64,000 nucleotides of DNA. Source: Mobula hypostoma. Its lineage: Eukaryota. Within the stretch, counting starts at the first letter, position 1; each line of letters opens with the position of its first letter. The notes beneath the pieces are model-generated. The model had not been told where the DNA came from. It was given only the letters and a program-made list of their open reading frames with translations, and did no database searches. The stretch covers positions 43,774,001-43,838,000 of the forward strand of contig NC_086097.1 in NCBI RefSeq assembly GCF_963921235.1, given 5' to 3'. Shown piece by piece: positions 35,401 to 48,070 of this stretch. The translations under genes were made by a program, and so were the position numbers.

Positions 35401-38400
35401 TTCCAGAACCGTGATCTGACGACATAGCAGTTGGTCTTTGTAATATGAAAGTATCATGTTATATCATTTAATCGAAGGATAAAGTAAGCGAACGTGAAAG
35501 GCAAGCAAGTTTAACTCTGTAACCTAGAAAGAGTTCAACCCAGTAAATTGATACTCGAGCTCTCAAACTGTTACACAGGCGGAGAGCAAAAATAATAAAA
35601 AAGCATTTGTCTGTTTCCAAAGTTTGATCTTTTCACCGAAGCCTGTATACAGCGATCGTACAAAGGACAATTACATTCTCGCATAATTTTTTAAGAATAT
35701 ACAGTGCAAGCATAAAGTGCACGTGGCTTAATGCGAATACGCTGAAGCTGGAAGTCAAGTGCCTATATTGAAGTATGTAGTATAAAAGATGAATTAGTGT
35801 CCGTTTAATGTTAACTTTTCTAAGCCATCGACGTTAGCTAATTAAAATGTATTGTCCGTGTATCCATCATAATTTAATTGCAGTGATTTTTTTTCTCATA
35901 ATCTTACAATCTTTGCACAGCGGTGTTCGAGAGAAAATTTGCAATTACACTCAGCTGTTTATAGTATTGAATAACTCGCGCGAACTAGATGTGAATACAG
36001 TAGTCTGCTGTCCCGCAAGTATGCATATAAAGTGTTGTTGATCGCTAGCGTGTGCAAGCACCATGGCATCCTTTTGGAATTACTACTTGCTGGAAATGTT
36101 TACTCTATTTTGAAACTTAAAAATAAAAGAAAATTTGAATCACTTGGATTTTTGGCGTCGTTGTGCACTTGTACAGGAGGACGCAGAACACAGTTACCTT
36201 TAGGGGGAGCTATTGACCGCTTGGTGTCTTTAAACATTTGGACATGTCTTGGTACGCCAAAAATCCGAAAGTTTCTTTAGTTACCGTGTGCAGGCAGGCA
36301 GAAATAAACGTCGTTATAATTGTAAAGAAACAGCAAAGTAAATACTGTGGGAACTTAACTTCTGTGTACATTATTACTAGGATGTTAGGAGTTTTCAAAC
36401 GAACATACTATATTTTAGAAGCATTTACTATTAAATGCTTCCAGATGAAATTAAATGTTTCGTTATTTCGTGAACTAAAAAAAATAAAATCTGCTATCAT
36501 TTGCAGTCAATTGGGGATATCGGAATATAATTCCTTGCTGCCAGTAACATTGATGAAACTTACTCATCTCACTTTGAACATATTTAACGGCTGATAATCT
36601 CATTTGAGCGAAGAAACTTCTCCCCTTTCTAGTTCTAAACATCAATACCTTTATCTCGAGACTGAATAAAAACAGAAAATGCTGGAAATTCTAAGTAAGT
36701 CAACGTCAAAGTCGAGTTTATTCCCATATGCACAAATACATTCAAGTGTAATGAAAACCTTGCAGTAATACCATATGTACGTAGCCATCAAATAAGCAAC
36801 ATTTACCAGGAAAATAAAATTAAAGATAAACACAGCTTTTACAAGATACAATTAGAATTTTAAAAAAGTGATACAAGACCAGTTTGCATCTGTGGAAAGA
36901 AATGCAGAATAAATGTTTCTGTTCCAAGACTCTCTATCAAAACTTTTGACTTTGGTCTGAAATGTTAACCCTGTTTCTCTATTCACAGGTGCATCCTGAC
37001 CTGCTGAGTGTTCCCAGAATTTTCCATTTTTTAAATTTAGATTTCTGACATCTTGAGTTTTTGTTTCCTTTTATCTTGAGATTTTGTTCCTTAGTTGGAG
37101 ATTCACAGCAAAAGGCACTTAGTCAAGTCTTTAAAACACTCAATGGTCACTATCCAATCAGCAAATCATGTGGCAGCAACTCAGTGCATAAACACATGCA
37201 GACCTAGTCAAAACGTTCAGTTGTTGTTCAGACCAAACATCAGAATAATCTTTTTTCCCTTCTCCACCTTCTTATCCTGACCTCATTTTTTTCAGCACTG
37301 ATGCTGGGTCTCAGCCCAAAACATCAATTGTTTACTCTTTTCCATAGGTGCTGCCTGGCCTGCTGAGCTCCTCCAATTACCTAGATGCACCTATCACCCA
37401 CCAGCTTTTGCTCCACCCATTCTCTCCACCTCTTTGTACTGGCTTTGTCCCCAACTTCTTTCCAGTTTTGATGAAAGATCTCAACCTTCAGTAAGGACTA
37501 ATAAATTCCTCCAGTATTTTGTTGCCTTAAACAATACAATTATTTGCAAGTCATGATATTTTAGTTCCTACATTAGTGCAATGTTTAAATTGCAGTCTTT
37601 ATTCTTATTAATATTAATTTATTAAGGCAAAGGCTCTTTCTACTTCCTCCTTTGCCTTCAGGGCGGAATCTTCAATCTTACTGGTTGCCTAGACAGTTTT
37701 CATGACCGATGCAGGACACCAGAGATCTGCTAGAACTGCCCCAAGTTCACCATTACAGAGGATCATGCTGTCTGTGGTTAGATTTCATTAAAGTCAGGGA
37801 AAGTACCAAACCCTCAATTGAATGGGAAATCTGAGCTATTTTGTAATGCAGAATGCAAAGAAAAATTATAAACGTATATCTAGCATTGAGGGTAAGGAAG
37901 CTGAGGAAGAACTATGCACGATCTGATGCGGTCCTTGGTATGATTCTCCTGTACAATGCTTGGGATTACATACAGTATGTGATGAAATGAGGGGGTGTAG
38001 ACTGCTTAGCCTTTCCAGCCTAGTCTGCCTTTCCTAGAAGTAGAAAATAAAGCAAGATACCCTGATGATTTCAACCAGTAAGTGATGGGTAGCAGGTCAT
38101 TTGCATTCTTGAACTTGCTTCACGACTGATTAGTAGTGCAATTCCGTTTGTCGTTTTTGCTCCATATCTTGTGAAGCCCTAACTTAACAATTTCTCCCAT
38201 AATATGGAAGGATTAAAATTGCAGTTTGGATAAAATAAATGTCATAAGTATAAAATACAAGTATTTTAAAGTTCAAAGTAAATTTATTATTAAGGACATA
38301 TCTGTCACTATATACAACCCTGAGATTCATTTTCTTGTGGGCATACTCAGTAAATCCAAGATCCATAATAGAATCAATGAAAGACCGCACCAACAGGACA

Positions 38401-38525
38401 GACAATGTGCATAAGACAACAAACTATGCAAATATAAAGGAGAAATTAACAACAATAATAATGATAATGATGCTTGATCTGAGAAAAGTTAAAAAATACA
38501 ACAATAATAGTAAACTATATATAAA

Positions 38526-38717
38526 CAACACACATCAAAGTTGCTGGTGAACGCAGCAGGCCAGGCAGCATCTCTAGGAAGAGGTACAGTCGACGTTTCA
38601 GGCCGAGACTGTACCTCTTCCTAGAGATGCCGCCTGACCTGCTGCATTCACCAGCAACTTTGGTGTGTGTTGCTTGAATTTCCAGCATCTGCAGTATTCC
38701 TGTTGTTTGCATTTTTA
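38526..38717 (+). mobile_element. Penelope-derived fold-back element
   Basis: Inverted arms plus tail; 14-bp TSD AAACTATATATAAA at 38512-38525 and 38718-38731. Confidence 0.82.
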
Positions 38718-38731
38718 AAACTATATATAAA

Positions 38732-40590
38732 GTTTGTTTACAAACTACATATAAAATTGTAACTTCATGCATATCACCACTAATCACCACTCACTTACGT
38801 AACCACAATACACTTACAGAAGAGCAGAAAGGATGTTGTAAGGGTATGAAAAGATGTAAAGAACAACTGAAATAGATTCCAGAATTCTAAATCAAGTCTG
38901 GTGGAAAAGCATGTCAAAATGAACTGAAGCATTTTTCAGGGTGACTCTCTAGGCCCATTACGGTTTTATCTAGCTTTAAACCCACTCTCTAATTTACTGT
39001 ATCAGTCAAAAATAGGGTATCAAATCAGAAACAATCAAAAGAATTATATCTTGACACATGGGCGATTTGAAATTATACGCCCCTTTATCAGAAAAGCTAA
39101 AGAAATTAATTCAAATAGTAGAACTACTGATAAAGATGTAAACATGAACTCTGGACTAGATAAGTGCAGAGCATCAAATACAAAGAAAGGTGGAATGGAG
39201 CCAGTAGAATATAAAACAGAGCAGCAGGATACAATACAACCAACGGATGAATATGAAGTATATAAGTATCTGCGATATCAACAAGGAAAGAAAATAAATC
39301 GTGGTGTGATAAAGGGAAAACTTTTAACAGAATTTACTTCAAGGCTTACAAAAATCTGTCAAACAGAGCTCAATAGTAAAAGTATAACAAATATAACAAA
39401 CACTTTTGCTATACCCATATTAAACCCATTCTTTTGGCATAATACGTTGGTCTGAAACCAATCCAGAAAATTTACAAAGAAAAATAAAAACTGAAATGAC
39501 GAATTTTGCAAAACACTATGCACATGTAAACACATTTAGGTTAACACTACCTAGCACAGAAAGAGGAAGAGGAATAACAGATACTAAAAATTTACACAAC
39601 TGTCAGACAAACTAAGGATATATTTTCATCAATGAAAACAGGACCAGCAATCCACATGAGCATATGCAATTCTGATAAGAAGTACACACCACTAAATTTA
39701 AATGAAAGCACAACCCAGAAAAATAGTGAAATTATTGTTATGGAAGAAAAAGCTAACCAATGGAAAAGCATGACCCTCCATGAAAGATATCACCACGACC
39801 TGAGCAAATGTTGACAAAGAAGCATTGAATGCCGGGCTCAAGGTTGGAGACTTATTCCCAGAAACAGAGGGGTTCCTTTTGGTAATACAGGACCAGATGA
39901 TTAACAAAAAAAATTATCAAAATACGTAGTATAAGACCAACAAATTTCAAGATAATAAATCCAGACAATGCACGGAGAAAGCATAACAGTCCAACGTGCT
40001 ACAGGATCCTGCAGCAGTTTAACTCAATATGATTACTTACAATCAAGTGGCAAACATCATTCACCAAAATCTTGTCTTAAAATACAAAATCGTACAAGAC
40101 ACCATACCTTACTCTAAATACAAACCTGATCCAGTTTTAGAGTGAGAGTCCTACAACTTATATTATGACCCATCTATTAATACAGATAGGACAATCAATA
40201 ATAACCATCTGGATATAATATTACAGGATAAACAAGCAAGATCAACTTAGTTAATAATTATAGCCTTTTAAACACACATGACATGTAGAAATCATTAAGC
40301 AAAAAACATTAGAAATATGCTGAATTAAAAGAGGAAATTGAAAGACTATGGAACATGAACAGGGTATACATTGTCCCGATAGTAATATTTACAACTGGTA
40401 TCATCCCAAAGGCACTACACAACAGCATTAAAAAAATTAGGCCTACACCGCAATATATATGTAAATCTCCAGAAAGCCACAAAACTAAATACCACTAGAA
40501 TAGTCTGAAAGTTTCTAGCTATTGAGAAGTGAATGTGCTTAGCTATGCCCGTACCTCAGATTTTACCAGGTGAGCTGAGAAAAAATAAAC
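38732..40590 (+). mobile_element. Decayed R4/Dong-like non-LTR retrotransposon (RT, zinc knuckle, restriction-like endonuclease)
   Basis: Translatable remnants in order: CLQTTYKIVTS, EEQKGC..CKEQL, IFQGDSLGPL, GLDKC, YKYL, TELNSKSITNITNTFAIPIL, PETEGFLLVIQDQMI, NQVANIIHQNL, TDRTINNNHLDIILQDK, KYAELKEEIERLW. Confidence 0.8.
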
Positions 40591-41039
40591 ATATTAATAA
40601 GTTATTGAAAGTGAGTCTGCAGGTTGTGGGAATGGTTCAGTGATGGGGCAAGTGAAGTTGAGTGAAGTTATCCCCACTAGTTCAAGAGTCTGATGCTTGA
40701 GGGGTAATAAGTGCCCCTGAACCTGGTGGCGTGAATCCTGAGACACCTGTACCACATTCCCGATGGTAGCAGTGAGCATGAGCTCGGTGGAGGCGGTCCC
40801 TGGTGATGGATGCTGCTTCTCTGCGATGATGCCCTGTGTAGATGTGCTCATTGGTGGTGTGGGGACTTTATCCACGATGGGATAGGCCGTATCTAATACT
40901 ATTTGTAGGATTTTCCATTCGAGGGCAATGGTGTTTCCATACCAGGCTGCATTTGAGTCAGCACTGTAATTCAGAATGACCATAGTTGATCATCACAATT
41001 TAGTGGTCTGTTGCCACTGTCTCCTCTTTGCCCCAAGAA

Positions 41040-41285
41040 CTGGCCCTGGTTGGTTAGTGTAACGCTATTACAGTGCCAGTCACTCAGGCTGAATTCCACC
41101 ATTGTTCGTAAGGAGTTTGTAAGTTATCCCCACGGTCGCATGGGTTTCCTCCGGGTGCCCCAGTTTCCATCCATATTCCAAGACATACAGGTTAGTAGGT
41201 TAATTGGTCATGTTGGTGTAATTTGGCGGCTTGGCTCATTGAGTCAGAAGTGCCAGTTATCACACTGCATCTATAAATAAAAATT
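41040..41285 (+). mobile_element. tRNA-derived V-SINE (HE1-like)
   Basis: TGGTTAGTGTAACGCTATTACAG head; V-domain TGGGTTTCCTCCGGGTGCCCCAGTTTCC; AAAT-rich tail. Confidence 0.7.
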
Positions 41286-41441
41286 CAACAAAACTATAAA
41301 TGACTCCAGAGCAACATACACAAAACTCATCAGGTTGGGCAGTATCTCTGGAGAGGAATAAACAGAAAATATTTTGGGAACAGCGGAGAAACAGGGTCTT
41401 TGGTCCATCATGTGCAAACTGGCCTTCTTGCCCTTGCATCT

Positions 41442-41590
41442 ACGCACAACACGCTGGAGGAACTCAGCAGGTCAGGCAGAATCCGTGGAAATGAACAGTC
41501 AACGTTTCAGGCCGAGACCCTTCATCCTGAGTTCCTCCAGCGTGTTGTGCGTGTTGCTTTGACCCCAGCATCTGCAAAGTATTTTGTATG
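41442..41590 (+). mobile_element. Penelope-derived fold-back element (centre deleted)
   Basis: Inverted arms CGCACAACACGCTGGAGGAACTCAG / CTGAGTTCCTCCAGCGTGTTGTGCG; imperfect TSD TGCCC[T/A]TGCAT (41429-41439 and 41591-41601). Confidence 0.7.
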
Positions 41591-42050
41591 TGCCCATGCA
41601 TAAATCCCATTTGCCTGCACTGGGACCATATCCTTTATGCCCTGTCTCATTTAGTGTCTGTTTAAATGCCTCTTAATCATTGTGATTATATCTTACTTCA
41701 CCACGTCCTCCGTCAGCAGGTTCCAGATATCAACCATTCGACAGTGCATTCAAAACATCCCTCTCAGATCACTTTAAAACTCCTTACAAACTATCGCTTC
41801 CTGTTTTTGATGGTCCTAACAATGGAAAAAGGTGTTGTCTCTTTACCCTAATTACAGCACATTTATTATAAATTTACAAACGGCTATCAAGTCACACTTG
41901 TTTTCTTTGTTCCAGGGAAAACAAACTGAGATTATCTAATCTCTCCCAATAATAAAAGTCCTTCAATCCATGCAACATCCTGATGAATCTCTTCTGCACT
42001 ATCTCTAGCACATTCACATTCTTCAACGTTTCCTTAACTCAGTATGCTTT

Positions 42051-42691
42051 ATACTCATTGGGCACTTTATTAGGTACCACTGTGTATATGTTTGTCACCT
42101 TCTGCTGCTGCTCAAAGTTCAAAGTAAATTTATTATCGAAGTATATACTGTATGTATCATATATAACCCTGAGATTCATTTTCTTGTTGGCATACTCAAT
42201 AAATCAAATAAACGTTATAGATTCAATAAAAGACAGCACCGACATCCACTTCAAGGTTCGATGAGATGTTCTTCTGCACACCACTGTTGTAACACAAGGT
42301 CACCTTCCTGTCAGCTTGAACCAGTCTGGCCATTCTCCTCTGGCCTCTCTCAATAACAAGGCAATTTTGCTTACAGAACTGCAGCTCACTGGATTTATTC
42401 CCCCAGCACCATTCTCTGTAAAACCTAGAGACTATTGTGAGTGAAAATCCCAGGGGATCAGCAGTTTCTGAGATACTCACACTTTGCCTGGCACCAACAA
42501 TCATTCCACGGTGAAAGTCACTTAGATCACATTTCTTCCCTAACCTGGTGTTTGATTTGAACAACAACTAAAGCTCTTGACCATGTCTGTCTGCCTATAT
42601 GCATTGAGTTGCTGCCACATGATTAGCTGATTAGATATTTTGCACTAACAAGCAAGTGTACAGGTGTACCTAATAAAGTGGCCACTGAGTG
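42051..42691 (-). mobile_element. Internally deleted Tc1-like DNA transposon
   Basis: Terminal inverted repeats (ACTCATTGGGCACTTTATTAGGTAC / GTACCTAATAAAGTGGCCACTGAGT); HTH-like transposase N-terminus GKKCDLSDFHRGMIVGAR..SISETA..LGFS..VSRFYREW. A related end fragment lies at ~37135-37250. Confidence 0.8.
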
Positions 42692-43223
42692 CATGTCCTT
42701 TTTCATAAATACAGGTAAGAATAGTTCATTTAGGACCTCACCCACATCCCCTGGCTCTACACATAGAATACACTCTTACGCCTAAAATACTTACAAAATG
42801 ATTCAGGATTCTCCTTAATCTTAACCATCTAGCATGTTTCATTGCCTCTTTTTGCCCTCCTAATTTCTTCCTTAAGTACTCTCTGCACCCTCTATATTTC
42901 TCACAGAACTCTCTGGATTGTAATTGCAGTATATTGGATATTTTAAAGATTTGGCTTCAACAGGTTCCACAGGAGAATTGTATAGGATTACCACTTCCAG
43001 CATGTAGAAATGTCACCTCTTCTCACTCCTGTATGGCCTCGGTAATTCAGCCAACATAATAAAAGACTGCATAATCTAATACATTCTTTTCTCCCCTTCC
43101 ATTCGGTCAGAAAATAAAAAGCCTGAAACATGTATCACCAGGGCAAAGGATGTCCTGCTGTTCTTAGATTATTAATGGACCCTTTGTACTTTAAGATAGA
43201 TCCTTAACCTCACCATATGTCTT

Positions 43224-43649
43224 GTAACACACATCAAATTTGCTGGTGAACACAGCAGGCCAGGAAGCATCTCTCGGAAGAGGTACAGTCGACGTTTCAG
43301 GCCGAGACCCTTCGTCAGGACTAACTGAAGGAAGAGCTAGGAAGAGATTTGAAAGTGGGAGGGGGAGGGGGAGATCCAAAATGATAGGAGAAGACAGGAG
43401 GGGGAGGGATGGAGCCAAGAGCTGGACAGGTGATTGGCAAAAGGGGTATGAGAGGATCCCGGGACAGGAGGCCCAGGGAGAAGGAAAAGGGGGGGGAACC
43501 CAGAGGATGGGCAAGGGGTATAGTCAGAGGGACAGAGGGAGAAAAAGGAGAGAGAGAGAAAGAGTGTGTGTATATAAATAAATAACGGATGGGGTACGAG
43601 GGGGATGTGGGGCATTAGCGGAAGTTAGAGAAGTCAATGTTCATGCCAC
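43224..43649 (-). mobile_element. Penelope-like element 3' fragment (young subfamily)
   Basis: Reverse complement of 28445-28867 with few differences. Confidence 0.88.
43287..43322 (-). ncRNA. Minimal hammerhead ribozyme motif
   Basis: Minus strand AGTC-CTGACGA-AGGGTCTCGGCCT-GAAAC-GTC-GACT. Confidence 0.7.
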
Positions 43650-44518
43650 TCCAACATTCACATGGAGAACATGCAAACTCCTAACAGACAGCAGCAGGAA
43701 TCAAGCCCCGATGGCTGGCACTGTGAATCTATTGTGTTAACTGCCACACTAGTGGTAGTGTCAGCATTGAAGCATTCAAGACCCCATTAGTCACTACCTG
43801 TTACTTTTTAAAAGGCCAGTTTAACATTATGCTCCGTTTCCTGTCTGCCAACCAGACTCTGTCAATATTAGTACCCGAGCTCAGTCTCATTCTTTAATTT
43901 TGCACATTAATCTCTTATATGGGATAGCATTGAAAGTTTTTTGAAAGTCCAAATGCACCACATTTACTTGTTCTCCTTCATCAACTCTACTAGTTAGATC
44001 CTCAAAAAATTACAGTAGATTTTTCAAGCATGACTTCCCTTTCATAAATTCATGTTGTCTTTGTCTGAGCTTGTCACTGTTTCCCTGGTCTTAATAGTAG
44101 TGTGAATAACATCTAATTGATAAGGTATCTTCTTATAAGGAATCCAATTTCCAGGTGGTATATATATTGACCTTATAGGGGTGTATAGAAGTGTGAGGAG
44201 TTCAGATTGCCTTTCCCATGGCAAGCAAGTCTAGAACTCAAGGTCTTGGGTTTTAAAGTGAGGGGGAGAAATTTAAAGGCAAGCAGAAGCACAAGTTTTT
44301 TGCACAGAGGTTGGTAGGTTCATGGCAGAAGAGGGAGTAGAAGCAAATACAATTACAATTTGTAAAAGACATTTAGATTGGAAAATAGTAAAGGGTTACG
44401 GGCCTCATGCACGCATTGGGGTCAGTGTAAATATGGGCTAGATAGGCTGAGAGGGCCCCTTTCAGTGCTGTACAGCTCTACCACACCAAAGATACCAGGC
44501 AATCAGAGATAATACCAA

Positions 44519-44881
44519 CTTTCTCTCTCTGTCCCTCTGAATATACCCCTTGCCCATCCTCTGGGTTCCCCCCCACCCCCGTCTTTCTTCCCGGACCTCC
44601 TGTCCCATGATCCTCTCATATCCCTTTTGCCAATCACCTGTCCCGCTCTTGGCTCCATCCCTCCCCCTCCTGTGTTCTCCTATCATTTTGGATCTCCCCC
44701 TCCCCCTCCCACTTTCAAATCTCTTACTAACTCTTCCTTCAGTTAGTCCTGACGAAGGGTCTCGGCCTGAAACGTCGACTGTACCTCTTCCTAGAGATGC
44801 TGCCTGGTCTGCTGCGTTCACCAGCAACTTTGACGTGTGTTGCTTGAATTTCCAGCATCTGCAGTGTTCCTGTTGTTTGTG
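44519..44881 (+). mobile_element. Penelope-like element 3' fragment (young subfamily)
   Basis: Near-identical to other young copies; flanking direct repeat TAATACCA (44510-44517 and 44882-44889). Confidence 0.85.
44745..44780 (+). ncRNA. Minimal hammerhead ribozyme motif
   Basis: AGTC-CTGACGA-AGGGTCTCGGCCT-GAAAC-GTC-GACT; predicted cleavage after C44776. Confidence 0.7.
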
Positions 44882-46869
44882 TAATACCAGTTGTGCTTTT
44901 TCATGCTTTTCCAAATTTTTGAAACAATATAATTTTTTAAATTTAAGAGCATGTGGTCTATTTTATAAATCAATGGATTCAGAATGGTTACACCCTGCTG
45001 CTTGACTTATTTAATATGAGTAGTTACGAACTTTCAATAAGGATGAAAGAAAGTAAATCCATGAAGTAATTGAATGATCACATATGGGCGATTTGGGAGG
45101 TTTTGTTTGGTCTTTCATGGGACTGTTTATTCCTCAGTGATTCTGCCTATTATGAGATATACAATAATTTCTTATTTTAGACTTTTTTCAGGAGGAGTTT
45201 GGAAAAGAAAAATCCTCTAATGAATGCAAACAGGAGGAGAAAGAGTAAAGAAAAAGGGTAGAGGAGATTTAAACATATAATTCATGACAATGATGGCGAT
45301 TTTTTTTTGTGCTTTTCCAAATTTTTGAAACAATGTAATTTTTTTACTTATGAGTGTTTAGTCCATTTTAAGAGTCCATGGATTCAGACTGAAAAGGAAA
45401 CAAAGAGAAGGGTTTATGCCAACAATAGATTAAGATGGCAACAAGGTTACATCTTTCTGCTTGATTTATTTAATATTAGTAAAAACAAACTTTGCAAAAG
45501 AGATGATACTGGAGGAACTTTATTCACTCAGAGGACATGGGTGGGACTGGTAGTGCAGCACTTATTTACATCTTATCCTAATTGTTCCTGAAATTAAGCA
45601 ACCACTTTGTTGGGTCTGGAGTCAGATATAGGCCAGAGCAGGTAAGTTTGGGAGTTTTTCCCACCTGAAGAACATTAACGAAGCAGACAGAATTTTAGAA
45701 AAATCTAGTAGTTTTACAGTTCCCATTACAGACACTAGCTCTCAATCCTAATTCACTTGATTACTTGAATTTAAATTGCCCAGCTACCATTGATTCAAAC
45801 TATGTCCCTGAATCAATAGTCCGAGCTTCCACTGCAAGTTTAGTAATTTAACCATTCAGTAATTTAGTAATTGTACCACTTACATGACAAGATTGTAAAC
45901 AGTCAATTTGCAATTGACATAGATCAAATCCAAAATATATTTGCATGAAGAGATTTTCTTCCCCCAAATTATTATACAGATCTGAACAACAATACATGAG
46001 ACAAGCTGATGAGCAAAAGATAAAAGGCTTGGCTCAGAACAATATCAGGAGAATGCAGCTTGGAAGTAATCAAGACTGTTATGAAAGAACATTGCTTGAG
46101 GAAGGAGCAGTATGGAGAAGGTCCAAGAAAGATTTATGTGGCTGTTTGGGCATACATCATGCATGGATACAACTATAACCAAGGTTATGGCAAATTAAGA
46201 ACTCAAGCACAGTAGCAGGTACAGTACACAATCTACTAGGCAGTGATTAATGCCTCCCTGAACATCTCCAACACATGGACTTCCTACACCAGGCATTTCA
46301 AAGCACCAGTGAGACAGCACCAATGCAGTTTCTTCAAAATCCTCACAATCCATTGTCAAGGTGAGAGAACCAACATTGGTGTCCTTTCCCAGGCCAGCAT
46401 CCCAGCAATGTGGACCCAACTACGCTGTCGGTGCCAATAGGCAGATCTTGTTTGCATGTCAAGCTCTTGAAATAGACACATTTTCCTGAGTTCTGTGATG
46501 ATGAGATGTTACTGTGTAAATGGAAGAAAGTTTTCAAGTATATTTTCAAAGCCTTCTTCAAGAATATGACTTCCCCACTGAATTTTGAGGATCTCTGGTC
46601 TCAGACTGTACAAAATGCAGGATGATATAAGGTGGCATTGACAAGCTTAACTTGATTGGTTGGGAGCACATGGAAGTTTAGCACCACCCACTTCATCATC
46701 CGCTTCCTGCCCACTGCGTGGCAGCCGTTAGATGGCATACTGGCTTAATCAGCATTTCATAACTCAGAAGTGGAAGCACATACACTCAATGTCAAAGGAT
46801 TCTCTAAGAAGAAGAAGACAGGTAAGAGTGGCTGGAACAATCAATGATAATGGGCACATGGCAAGGGCC

Positions 46870-48070
46870 AATGAAAAGAAGCTTGGTTTAAGCGAGTGGC
46901 CATAGTGTGAGTGGGTGAGGGTTAGAAGGGTGTTGAGGCTTTGACTCAAAGGCTTCAGTGTGAAGAAGTGGAGGCTGAAGTAAATTTCTGTTAAGTGTCT
47001 CTTTCATTTTTTCTTTCTTACTGCACGTTTAGACCAGTGGAAATGACAGTGGAATGATCCTCTTGTGGGAGATGGGTTGATAGGGAGACCCCCAGTATCC
47101 CTGATGACTGCACCTGCAAGAATTGTGTCCAGCTATAGCTTCTTATAGACCTCTTAAGGGAAATGGAGCTGGATCTGGATGACCTTCACATCAAACAGGA
47201 GATGGGAGATGCAGGGAGGTAGGTACACCTAAGATGCATAACAGAGGTAACTGGGTGACCATCAGGAGAGGGAAATGAGATAGGCAGCCTGTGCAGATTA
47301 CCCTTGTGGCCATTCCCCTCAATAATAAGTATACAGTTTTGGATACTGTTGGGGGAGATGATCTAGCAGAGCAAAGCCACAGCAGTCAGTTGTCAGGCAC
47401 TGAGTCTGGCTCTGTGACTCACAAGGAATGGGGGAGAAGAGGTGAACTGTAGTGATGGGGGATTCATTGGTTATGGGAACAGACAGGAGGTTCTGTAGAC
47501 AAGAATGAGATTCCTGGATGGAATGTCGCCTCCCAGGTGCCAGAGGCATCTTGGACCAAATCCATAAGGAGTATGTGAGCAGTCAGAGCTTGTGGGCCAC
47601 GTTGATAACAATGACATAGACAGAAAGGGTGATGAGATCCTGTACAGTTAGTTCAGGGAGTCGGGTGCTAAGTTAAAGAACAGGACCTAGTGATCTCAGA
47701 ATTGCTACCCATGCCATGTACTGGGAAGGCTAGAAATAGGAAGATTGTACAGTTTAACACATAGCTAAGGAGATAGCGCAAGAAGGAGGGCTTCAGACTT
47801 TTGAATCATTGGGGTCTCTTCCAGGGAAGGTGGGACCTGTACATACAGGATAGTTTGGACCTAAACTGGACAGAGACCAATTTGCTTGCAGGAAAGTTTC
47901 CTAGTGTTGCTTCAACGGGTTTAAACTAGAGTGGCAGGGGGATTGGAACCAGAGTGCCAGGATAGCTAATGGAGTGGCTATGGGAAAAGTAATGTAAAAC
48001 CTACATATGAACTGAAAGGTTGAGCATTAAGGGAAAAGTGTTCTGACTCCCATCTATTTCAATGCACAGA
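46870..48070 (+). mobile_element. Decayed CR1 5' region (ORF1 esterase)
   Basis: Nucleotide similarity to the ORF1 of 58119-58745 (GGGGATTCATTGGTT, TGTCGCCTCCCAGGTGCCAG, GGTTTAAACTAG). Confidence 0.7.

Noticed and set aside
41040..41120. tRNA gene
   Set aside because: Degenerate tRNA-like SINE head followed by a V-domain; no intact cloverleaf.
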